Positions 1-9,845 of a DNA stretch of 64,000 bases are shown here, one piece after another. The stretch lies in assembly GCA_044892505.1 (NCBI GenBank), contig CM097883.1, forward strand, positions 448,632,001 to 448,696,000, in the 5' to 3' direction. Every line of letters begins with the position of its first letter. Within the stretch, counting starts at the first letter, position 1. Position numbers and translations under genes: made by a program. Origin of the DNA: Schmidtea nova. Lineage: Eukaryota. The notes under the pieces were generated by a model. It had not been told where the DNA came from. It made no database searches and saw nothing but the letters and a program-made list of their open reading frames with translations.

Positions 1-614
1 TTTTTTAATATTGCACACAAATTTCCAGAGGCCATTTTTTAATCTAATCTTCCTATAAAAAAATGAAAATTTCAGAAATGTTTAATAAACATTGTTCTGA
101 TGATAGAACTTATCAATATTTAAAATTTATTTAAACGCAAATCAAATGCTGATTTAAGAAATTTTCTAAAACTCAATAACATTATTTATTACGTAATTTG
201 ATTGGTCAAAAAATGATTAATAAACTATAACTTTGTTTTACTATTAATATTAAAAATACTTCTATATTTAAACAAAATTATTACTATTAAATTATAAAAT
301 AATTAAAATTCACATCAGGTGTATTGGAATCAGTAAAGACAACAACTCAAAGCAAACATCAGTTTATTTTCATCAACAAATTCAAAACAAAAATTTCAAG
401 GTAAAAAACACCATGCTAAATCCATCAAAAAAATAATATCAATAGCGATAATAATAATAATACCAATAATGATAATAATAATAAATAATAACAGTAATAA
501 AGCAGCGCATAAACCATTGAGGGAGCTTGTTAAATAAAAAAAAACAAATTTGTCTACGAAAACCAATTCCAAAGCACCTGATCTGTGTTAAAAAATACTT
601 TTAAAAATTTTTAC

Positions 615-708
615 TTTGGTTTAGCAGTTGTCGGGTTTGACGTTTTGTCCATTTCTTTGAAAACATTGATGGCTTTTTTCGGTGTTTGAACAGTTGGTTT
701 CGTCGGTG
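615..708 (-). CDS. Possible isolated coding exon (PTKPTVQTPKKAINVFKEMDKTSNPTTAKP), perhaps an alternative 3' exon of the smoothelin-domain gene
   Basis: Open 94-nt stretch bounded by ttAG acceptor (710-709) and GTAA donor (614-611) on the minus strand; connection to neighbouring exons not established. Confidence 0.25.
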
Positions 709-943
709 CTAAATTCGGCAACAACAACCTCGATTAAATTCGTTGAAATAGAAAAATAATAATAATTCATCTTCATAACTCTTTCTCAGACAATCAAATA
801 AATTGATCAAATAAAAAAATTACATGACAAAAAAATAAATAGAATTATACATAAATCGCCATGCAGCATAATCATAATATATAATTTTTATAATTAATAA
901 TATAATATTATTAGTATTAATATTATTATTATTATTATTATTA

Positions 944-1663
944 TCAACCGAGTTTTGAATAATTTTGCTGCATATCGTCAAATTGTTTCATTAATCTTTC
1001 TTTTTCCATTTGTTTGTGTTTCAATTCGAGTTGATTAACCGACTCCAATCCCCCTTGATAAGAGGCCGCTCCCCCGGATTTGGCCTAATTAAAAATAATT
1101 GATTTAATTTTTAAATTAAAAAAAATTAATTTTAAATTTAATTGATTTTAATATATTTTCAGTTGTTTACCATCTCATCGTATTGTCTCAATTGGGCAGC
1201 TTTCTCTAGTTCTGCTCTTTCTTTCTGAGCCTTTACTGGATCCGATGAACTGGCAGCTCCAATTGTGATTTTCGCTTGTTCTTGATATCCCTTCATTTTT
1301 TTCATTTTCTCTTCATCAGCTTGCATATTTCTTGTTTTAACACTGTCGAGATTTGTACCGAGATTTTCTCGCTGTTTCTGACGCTCGGCAACTTGGGCTG
1401 TTGAGGTGTTTTAGGAAAAAAGAGAAATTATTACAAACAATATTCTTATTAATTATTCACGATTACATACCAGCAGCATTTTCTCTCAATTCTTTTTGTC
1501 TGGCACGGATTTCTTTTCGTAAGTTAATATCACTGGTTTTCGCTATCTGAATAGTGGAGAATTATACAATAGAGAGAACCCTATTTAGGAAATATCAACA
1601 ACTCACCATTTCCGCCAACAAATCCTCATCGACAATGGAAGAGATATCTATTGAATTCGACAT
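944..1663 (-). CDS. Four-exon host gene, 166 aa, N-terminal smoothelin-like motif followed by charged helical/coiled-coil sequence
   Basis: Exons 1663-1607, 1546-1471, 1397-1171, 1084-944; all introns GT-AG (60, 73, 86 nt) with consistent phases 0,1,0, ending in TGA. N-terminus ISSIVDEDLLAEMIAKTSDINLRKEIRARQKELRE resembles the smoothelin domain (I.DE.LL..M...T.D...R..IRA...ELR). Absent from the ORF track because it is spliced. Confidence 0.75.
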
Positions 1664-2064
1664 ATTGTGAAATGGGAATTTTCTTTTTCGTTTGAAATTC
1701 CATTTCGTTTTCAGGTGTATTTATACGAATCCCGTCGATTGCTTTGCATTGATACATTTGATGCACACTCACATAAATGATCCGATCATCGATCGGTAGA
1801 CATGTTTGGTGCCTATTTTCAACATGCAATACATACTTTAGATGTACTTTTTGATTGATGTGTGTTGATAAAATTCACGGTAAATATTAATATTCCCTAT
1901 GTGCATAATTATTACAACAACAAAAATCTCGATTTTGTAGTAATAATTTCTACAGTTCTATTTTCAGTTTAGTTTTATAAATCAAAACATTTAAATCTAA
2001 TTCCAAAATTTATTTGACAATAATTAAAGTTTGTTTAAATTTTCCAAATCGATAAATATTCAAT

Positions 2065-2916
2065 ATGGGGAATTGTTTATTAAATGAAATTACAAATGAC
2101 AAATCGTTGTCGGAAATTTTAAAAACCAAAACTAACATTTGTAGCATAAGTAATATTATTAATAATTCCGATAGAAAGGAACCTTTTAATTGCTTAAAAA
2201 TTGATCGAACATTTACATTTGATAGTAAATCTATTGAACAATTTAACAACATCACAGAAACGGTGTCTGTAAATAATTCCACATACGATTTGTCAAATAA
2301 ACAGAAAATATTTTCCTCTTCTACGTTGTCATATAATGAATCGACTTATAATATTCAACAAAACCCCGACGAATGTTCGATTTTCAGTGGGGATCTTTGT
2401 GATAACCAAACGAATTTTGTTGGATTTGACAATAAAATTCTGACATTAGACAGCGCAACAGACAGGTCAATACCACCGAAATTGTGTCGACCTGAAAAAA
2501 TCGTTGATGATTTTCAAAACAATAGAGCTATGAATTTTACGAAATCAAAAATAATCACCAATCAGGAGTTAGGGTTTTGTATTCCGGAATTCAGTGGACA
2601 AACCCGATTGATAATGTTAATGCCACATGATTCGAAAGAGGGATGGACAAAAATAATGAAATTCGCGAGATATAGAACATTGTTGGCGATTGAAAGAAGA
2701 ACACATTGTCAAATTAAAACGAGCAATGAAACGTTTTTATATCGAGGAAAAGTTGTCAAACCGTTGATAATAGATGGGCCGAATAGGAATTCCGTTTTGA
2801 AATGTAGAAATTGTCTTCCTGACTCGTTAAGAGAATGCATTATTTATCATGAGTTCGACGCGAAATTTGGAAACATTATGCAATTTGGTCAAAAAGAATT
2901 CATTAGTTTTAATTAA
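2065..2916 (+). CDS. Intronless 283-aa ORF with S/N-rich N-terminus and a C-terminal KH-like domain
   Basis: ATG to TAA, long for this AT content. RTLLAIERRTHCQIKTSNE...KPLIIDGPNRNSVLKC resembles type I KH helix/strand elements, but the GxxG loop is replaced (KFARY). Confidence 0.55.
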   Translation: MGNCLLNEITNDKSLSEILKTKTNICSISNIINNSDRKEPFNCLKIDRTFTFDSKSIEQFNNITETVSVNNSTYDLSNKQKIFSSSTLSYNESTYNIQQNPDECSIFSGDLCDNQTNFVGFDNKILTLDSATDRSIPPKLCRPEKIVDDFQNNRAMNFTKSKIITNQELGFCIPEFSGQTRLIMLMPHDSKEGWTKIMKFARYRTLLAIERRTHCQIKTSNETFLYRGKVVKPLIIDGPNRNSVLKCRNCLPDSLRECIIYHEFDAKFGNIMQFGQKEFISFN

Positions 2917-4464
2917 TATGAACTTATATAATCCGTAATGTTGAGTTAATTTTGAAATTTACTAACCCAATTGATAACGTACTCCAATAGAATTTTTACA
3001 TATTGTAAAATTCTTTTTACATATTGTTGAATTTTTACAAGTTTTTCTACGCTTTTGTTGTGAAAGATTTATCTGCTAAATATATACTTTACAAATAATT
3101 TAGAGTAATCACTATTGAAGAAACATAGTACAAATATGAACTGAGCAGGTTATGGTGGTTAGATTTGTTCTTATGCATCTTGTTCCTTTATAGCATGATT
3201 TAATCCTTTTGCCCAACTTCTTGTTACACATCAGAATCATCTCTTTAAATTCACCTTGCTAGGTCCTTTGGACCTAATCTAATGCCGAAATTATTGTTGG
3301 ATTATTGGGTTGTTGGAAAAATTTAAAAATTACCAATTTAATTTCTGACTCCAAATGCGTGCTCCATTAATCAATAAAATAACAATTACAACAAGAATCT
3401 TTATTGATATCACAACTGGTTTCACAATTAAGTTGGTACAATCAATCAACAATATGAGACAATTATACAGTGCTTATTACGATACTTATGTGAAGAATTG
3501 CACTCGTGTATAATATCCGTCTAACAACTAGCTACTGATTTCGATTCAACAACGGGTAACCAACTAATTGTTTTTTTGCTTTGACTTGAAATTCGACTCA
3601 ACTAACTTTTCTCAATAATCAATTTTCAATAAATTTCTCTCGATACGTTCCTTAATAAGTTTCTCTCACAAATTCTTGACACAAAACTTCTCTTGTTATA
3701 CTAAAATGACTTCTGTTTTTAAGCGCGTAAAATTTTGTGGTTGCCCTGCTTTTCCTTTTTGTTGTTCCAACTTTTTTCCTATCATTCTCCTTGATTTTTC
3801 GTTTCCAAAATTCCTTTTGTACTTTTTAATTAGCAATGACCTTTCGTGGTTATTTGTTCGGTTTTCTTTGTTACACTACCATTCTTCTCGTTTCTCGAGT
3901 TTTGTTCTTCAAACCTCCTTTTTCATATTTCTAAACTTCACCTTGTTCATTTCCTCCCAATCATTCTATTTATTTGTGCCAATATTTAATTTATTATTTA
4001 AGTATACTCAACATTACTACTGTTTTCAAAACTCATGATAAAATAGAAGATTGATAGTATTATGGTAACATTAAAGATATCTGAAGTCAGTAATCACAGA
4101 AACAATTAGTTTTTCGCTGAAAATGTCACAATTTCTTTTTGTTAGATGCAATCAAATCTTCCCCTCACCTAATAAATCTAATAAATCTTATAAACCTAAT
4201 ATGGGAATTAGTTGAATTTTATTTAATTGATCAAACCATAATTCACTTTAATTATAGAAAACTAGAAAAGCAAATTTATAAATTTGTTGTTTTTATTTTA
4301 AGTCTGTTAAAAATTAAAAATTAATTTGCTAGTCTACAGCTGGAAATTAATGAAATTAATTTCTTAATTAATCTTGGGATCTACCAACCATTAAACGTAA
4401 AGCGTACGCTGGAACGGAATATCAATCAAAAGACTAGATCGGAATCAGAAGTTTGCCCAGACCC

Positions 4465-4595
4465 ATTTATTCTAAACATTCTATAAATTCAAGTCCTCCG
4501 AATATTCAATTTATTCTAAACATTCTATAAATTCAAGTCCTCCGAATATTCCATTTATTCTAAACATTCTATAAATCCAGTTCCTCCGAATATTC
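4465..4595. repeat. Tandem repeat, 3 x 44 bp
   Basis: Unit atttattctaaacattctataaattcaagtcctccgaatattc(a/c) starts at 4465, 4509, 4553. Confidence 0.9.
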
Positions 4596-4745
4596 CGATA
4601 GATAAAAGATAGTAGATATCACCCCAAACCCTCCATAAATAACATTCCATAAATAACAGACTGAAGTTGAGTTGGTGGATTGTTGCAGTTCAGTCCCTCC
4701 GAAGCTTGCAATAGATAAAAGACAGTAGATAAAGTAAAGTAAATT

Positions 4746-4749
4746 AAAG
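4746..4749. other. Target-site duplication AAAG (left copy; right copy at 34268-34271)
   Basis: aaag immediately precedes TG at 4750 and immediately follows CA at 34267. Confidence 0.85.
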
Positions 4750-5217
4750 TGCTGGGTTCATGGAGGGGTTAGATGAAAAATGCTCTAACAATGACTAGGG
4801 ATCCCTCATCCATGATCATGCATAAAATTGCAATTTTACACTCAAGCGCCCTTGATTATTTCCCTATATAATCAAGTTGGTGATGCGCAGGGTGGTTAAA
4901 CAATGATGGGCAGGTGAGCACTATTGCTAGTACTACTCCCCATTTATGTTTACGGGTCCATTGCTGCCGTTAGAAGGACTTACGCTTTAATCATCCCCTT
5001 AGGTATTCCGTGTTAATCTTTCAGAAAATTCATTTTTATCATTACTCAGTCTGCGAGAAGTATTTCAACGAATGCTCGCTTAATTATTTAATTATCTCTA
5101 TTCGATATTTTGTAAACTGAATTTATACTTTTGTTCTATCTTTATTTAATCATTGGTAAAGTTAATTAAATCAATTTAAATGAACAATGAGATTCTTAAG
5201 CCAATGCAACAATTTAT

Positions 5218-5814
5218 TTAATTTTTAATGAGTTCGGTAAAAACTCCCGCCGGAGGAAAAATCTCCGTCAATAATGCTTCCTCAGTCATCTGATGTAGAC
5301 CATCGACTTGGATTTGTAATTGCTGGGCAAATAATTTTCTCTGTCTCCGCCGTTTCTGCCCAATGCGCTTGCGTTTCTGGTGCGCAGTCGCCGATGAAGT
5401 GGTTGAATTGGCTGGAGGAGCTGTCTCATTCCGACTTTCAATTAAATCGGGGACATCCGTTCCAATGGAGTTTACTGTCTTCTTTTCTGCCGTCCAAGCT
5501 TGGTACGTAATCGGACGGATTTGCTCTCTGAGTTCCTTCTCGATGTATGAGGCAGTTACGGAATGGAGGCATTTTCGGAGTTCTATCTTTGTAGCCTCCC
5601 ATTCCATTTGGTAATCGGCTGCAGTCTGTTGGGCGCGCTCGGTTTTACTGATTTGCTCCTTCATTCGGGCCGGAGCAAACCAGCTTTTGCGCAAATATGC
5701 AATCTGTGCCTCTGCTTTGATCAATTGTGCCTTGAGGAGACCCAATTCCTTGTCCTGGGCTCTCCGAATCCGCCACATCTTTTCCAATTCTTTCTGCATC
5801 AAATCTGGGTTCAT
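5218..5814 (-). CDS. LTR-encoded ORF L2 (198 aa), coiled coil plus Arg/Lys-rich motif; 3' LTR copy
   Basis: ATG preceded by ttatAG-a; translation identical to 31622-32218; QKRKRIGQKRRRQRK motif. Confidence 0.75.
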   Translation of the reverse strand: MNPDLMQKELEKMWRIRRAQDKELGLLKAQLIKAEAQIAYLRKSWFAPARMKEQISKTERAQQTAADYQMEWEATKIELRKCLHSVTASYIEKELREQIRPITYQAWTAEKKTVNSIGTDVPDLIESRNETAPPANSTTSSATAHQKRKRIGQKRRRQRKLFAQQLQIQVDGLHQMTEEALLTEIFPPAGVFTELIKN

Positions 5815-5998
5815 TCTATAATTTATTTAGGATATTTACTCTATGATTAAATGATGTGAAAAATGAAACTGATCATAGGGTTATTTGGTTACGAATATGA
5901 ATTATTAAAAACACAATACCAAAACTCAAAACAACATAACAAAAACACTGCTGAATATTAATATTTAATCACAATTTGAAAGATTTGACAATCAGTTC

Positions 5999-6439
5999 TT
6001 ATCTCCGAAACAGGCTATGTAATTCGCTGTTAATCGGTTTCTGACGGAGACGAGCCCAAGAGAATGAGGGTTGTCCTTTCTGGCACTCCTTGCCGAACGG
6101 TTTTCGTGGCAGGAATTCGTGTAGGCCTAGTTGGCATAGTTCCCGACGAGGGATATGCCCCCAATAAATTACACGGCTTGTCTGTCCATCGGTGTCCTTG
6201 ATCAGTACGACAAGTCGGCCAAATTTGTTTGAGTACGGCCTTTGAGAAATCGGCCAGTTCCATATCGAGAACGGGCATTTTCGGCCAAACCCCTGTCGCC
6301 ACTTATACATTTGGCAGTTGAGGGTTCGCAATATCGATGCTGGTAGATCCTTGAGCTGCGAGATATTTTCATTCCGCAGATTCCCTTGCTCCATATTCCG
6401 TAGTTGCGTTAATTGATTTGTAAGTTCAGCTGTCGACAT
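5999..6439 (-). CDS. LTR-encoded ORF L1 (146-aa version), unknown function; 3' LTR copy
   Basis: ATG directly after aatatAG; same as 32403-32882 but lacking 13 codons. Confidence 0.65.
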   Translation of the reverse strand: MSTAELTNQLTQLRNMEQGNLRNENISQLKDLPASILRTLNCQMYKWRQGFGRKCPFSIWNWPISQRPYSNKFGRLVVLIKDTDGQTSRVIYWGHIPRRELCQLGLHEFLPRKPFGKECQKGQPSFSWARLRQKPINSELHSLFRR

Positions 6440-8026
6440 CTATATTACATTTATTGGATATAAATATGAGTTAAGGGGGAAATTCGTTGATAATTTAATT
6501 ATGTTGCATATAATCACAACAGTTAAAAAATGAGATTAATTTTATTTCTCTCCGCCGTGATCTACCACGGTCGGAATAAAGAGTTCATAATTAGTCCTGT
6601 GCTATATACAGCATTCAGGAATTATCAAATTTAATCAAGATTTCCGCGCTATATACAGCGATCGGAGAATAACTTGGGAAACCGCATCATATACGACGAT
6701 CGGCCTATTTTTAGTAACTAATTTAATTTGGATTTTCCGACGCATTCCATCGCGATCGGAATTTATCGATATTAAAATTTTGTAGGCGAAATGCTGATTC
6801 CGAATGAAATCGGACTTTGGACTACGTTGGATTTTCTCATTCCAACGAAATTATTCAAATTTATTTTAGTTGTTGCTCACTGTTTTCCATGCGGGAGGTT
6901 CCCTTTCGATTCAATTTACCAAAAATTTAAAGACTGGGCATGCCCTACCATGGGGTGTCCCTCCTTATCCATCCGCCCTCCGCAATCTACATATTTGGCC
7001 CTCGACCTTCGTCCGTTGTGCAACCCAAAATTAAATAATTTGCAAATGGTCTGTATTAGACTAAAAATTCAATCAAATTTTCTAGATAAAACTTCACATC
7101 TAAATTAAATAATAAAAAGGTTGAACCGCCATGTGAGACCGTGAGGCCCCACAACGACGACTCGGACTCCCTCGCCGCGTGAGCAGCATAGGAAGTATAG
7201 CTATATGCATGAAAAATAATCAATGAAAAAATAAAATAACGTTTACATATAAGATTTTAATTAAATAAAAAATCATGGGTACATAAAAAATAACAATCAA
7301 AATTACGTTCCGTACCTGAATTCTGTTTTTTCAAAAAATTCTCGCTTCGTTAAATGAAATGTTACTTAAATCAAAGTTTAGTCTTGATTGTAAGTGAAAT
7401 GTAAAACGTCTTAAGTTGAGTTATGATTTTTGGATCGGTATTTATACTGATCCGTCTGGTTGGATTGACCAATCAGGATCAGGCCGTCCATCAAAGTATT
7501 TTTATTATTTTATTCTAATCTAAACATTATTTTGTTTCCTTTTCCGGTTTCTCGCTGGGTGGTCCTGATTTTCCAAGTAATTAATTAATTATTTGTACTA
7601 TTATTTTATTTAATTCTATTTTTTCTTATTTCAGGCCCCCTTTTGCGGTTGTTTACCGGTTTATTTTCAAAATTTCCTTTTACTGAAAATTTATCAATTA
7701 TTATTTGTCGTTTTATTGTTATTTTTAATTTGTTTTTCATGCTATTTTTATTTTTATTATTTCTTTATTGTTTCATGCTTTTGTTCGTTTTATTGTGTTT
7801 TTAGGTGATTTGGCGGGCCCAACATCACCCGGGGACCCCTAAAATTGCGTCCCGCAATTAATTATACATAAATACTTATATTCATCATCCATAAAAAGTT
7901 TTATAAAGTTATACATGCAAAGAAAATCACATAAGGTGATCGAATTTATACATATCATAAAGTTTGTCATTAAATAGTCAAAATGTAATGATTTGTCACA
8001 ATAGTTCGGTAAGTTTATCATAATGT

Positions 8027-8596
8027 TTATACAATTTGTTCGATCGTCTGGCTCGCTTGGGGTTGAGTTCGGGTCCTCTCGTTGATCATTTGTAGCTCGT
8101 AGTGGGTTTGAATGTGGTTGAGATGGCTCCTTATTCGTCTTTGAGCTCGGTTATCTCGTCTGGAGGTTTGGTTGTAGATTTTCTGCTTTTGTTTTAGGAT
8201 TTTTATTCTATACGAGGCAAGCAGGATTGTGATTGCGATGATAGTTGTGCTGACTGCTAGGATTATGATGATTGCTATGATCCATTTCTCTTGATATTCT
8301 ATTTCAGCTTGGGATAGGCTTTTTATGGGTTCTCTACCTTCTTTCAGGATTTTTCGGGTTTCTTCTAGTTTCAGTTGTTGGTTATCGAAGATTTGTTGGA
8401 TTTGATGGTCTTGATTGTGAGGGTATTTCTGTCGGAATTCGTTGATTTCTTTAATTACTTCTTCGATTAGGCTGTCTACTTTCTGATAGGTTTTGTCGGG
8501 TAGAACTCGTAATTGGGTTTCGGTTAGTTGTAGATCTTCTCTCTGTAGGGTAATGGTTGTTAACCATAGGAGTGTTGTTATTGCGAGCTTTCTCAT
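8027..8596 (-). CDS. Accessory small type I membrane protein (~189 aa from ATG at 8596)
   Basis: MRKLAITTLLWLTTITLQ signal-like N-terminus, helical ectodomain, TM WIIAIIIILAVSTTIIAITILLA, basic tail. The ORF-track start at 8629 is a GTG. Confidence 0.75.
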   Translation of the reverse strand: MRKLAITTLLWLTTITLQREDLQLTETQLRVLPDKTYQKVDSLIEEVIKEINEFRQKYPHNQDHQIQQIFDNQQLKLEETRKILKEGREPIKSLSQAEIEYQEKWIIAIIIILAVSTTIIAITILLASYRIKILKQKQKIYNQTSRRDNRAQRRIRSHLNHIQTHYELQMINERTRTQPQASQTIEQIV

Positions 8597-8671
8597 CTCT
8601 TTTATACATTGGTCAATACGGCTTGACACTTTTTATTTTACATAATTTATTTACACTTGGTTTTCGCACAT

Positions 8672-9733
8672 TTATACAAGGGTTTCGTTGGGTTCGTGAA
8701 AACCTTCGTCTTGAGGTTCCACCTGATTTATGGGGAGTGGCATCCATATTACCGTGCTCCTCCACATTTCGACTTCTTCTCGGTATGTGTGGGATATCTG
8801 GATCTCTTCATCTAATAAGTATTCCAGATAGTTCGCCTGTTCTGTTAGGGTTTCAATTTGTTTTTCTAGTTCTGCCAATTTTTTCTCTCTCTCTTCCTTC
8901 TCCATCATTTCGGTTACTGCTGCTGTGATTCTTGTTTCTTTTATTGGTATTGGTTTTTCTGCCAACTTCTTTCTCAGTTCTTCGTTTTCTTTTGTCAAAT
9001 TTGTTATGTTCTCTTCATAACTCTGCCTCGTTTCTTCCAGTCTTTCTTTAGTTCTTTTTAATTCTATTTTCTTCTGGGTAATCACTCCTTGATATCCATT
9101 TATGTCTCTTTTCATGTTTTCCTCCTTGTGATTCCACATTCCGGTCAGCATACCTTTTAACTGTTCTTGATTGGCTAAATCTTCTCCCATTCTTTGTACT
9201 TGATAAGTTAATTCTTTTATTTTCTTGGCTTGTTCTCTGATAAATTGTTGTCTTTTCTTACTCCATACTTTATTTGACGCTTCTTGACTGATCTTTTGCC
9301 CTAATTCCTCTTTTAATTCATCGATCTCTTTAAACAGTTTCCAATCATCGCTGTACGCTGTTCGTTCTATTATCTCCCTTGCTTCCTTGTAAGAGTCTTT
9401 TGCCTCTTTCTTCCAATATCTTGCTTGTTCTGTGATTGACTGAATCTTATGGTCTGTTTTTATTTGTTGTCTATCCCTATCCTCTCGTCGCTCTTTCATC
9501 ATCTCTTTGTAGTATTCGTTTTGTTGTCTTAGCAGTTTGTAGACTTCTTCTATTTTTTCTCGACTTCTTTGATTCGTTTTCTCGGCTTCTCTTAGTGCTT
9601 GGGTTTGTCTTTCCAATTCCTCCTGTTTTCGGTAATAGGCATGAATCCATATCCCAATCCGCTCCATGTGATTTCTGATCATTTCGTCTTGATGTACTGT
9701 TACTTCTTGTAAGGTTACTTCTATATTTCCCAT
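8672..9733 (-). CDS. Accessory long coiled-coil protein (353 aa)
   Basis: E/K/Q/R-rich helical composition throughout, same strand and codon bias as the polyprotein, ATG after tatAG-aa. Confidence 0.8.
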   Translation of the reverse strand: MGNIEVTLQEVTVHQDEMIRNHMERIGIWIHAYYRKQEELERQTQALREAEKTNQRSREKIEEVYKLLRQQNEYYKEMMKERREDRDRQQIKTDHKIQSITEQARYWKKEAKDSYKEAREIIERTAYSDDWKLFKEIDELKEELGQKISQEASNKVWSKKRQQFIREQAKKIKELTYQVQRMGEDLANQEQLKGMLTGMWNHKEENMKRDINGYQGVITQKKIELKRTKERLEETRQSYEENITNLTKENEELRKKLAEKPIPIKETRITAAVTEMMEKEEREKKLAELEKQIETLTEQANYLEYLLDEEIQISHTYREEVEMWRSTVIWMPLPINQVEPQDEGFHEPNETLV

Positions 9734-9845
9734 TTCTATAATTACAGATAAAAAGAATATTTAATCAGTTTTTATTTTTATTGTTTTTGATTATTTGTTA
9801 TTTCATATTGTTCTATACAGTTTATTTACATGGTTACTTCCTTCA

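Larger units (their letters stand above)
4750..7824 (-). repeat. 3' LTR (3075 bp)
   Basis: Direct repeat of 31154-34267; plus-strand ends TGCTGGG...CCCAACA (imperfect terminal inverted repeat). Confidence 0.97.

Noticed and set aside
3676-4038. 120-aa plus-strand ORF
   Set aside because: F/S/L-rich shadow of a decayed purine-rich minus-strand sequence; no recognisable domain.
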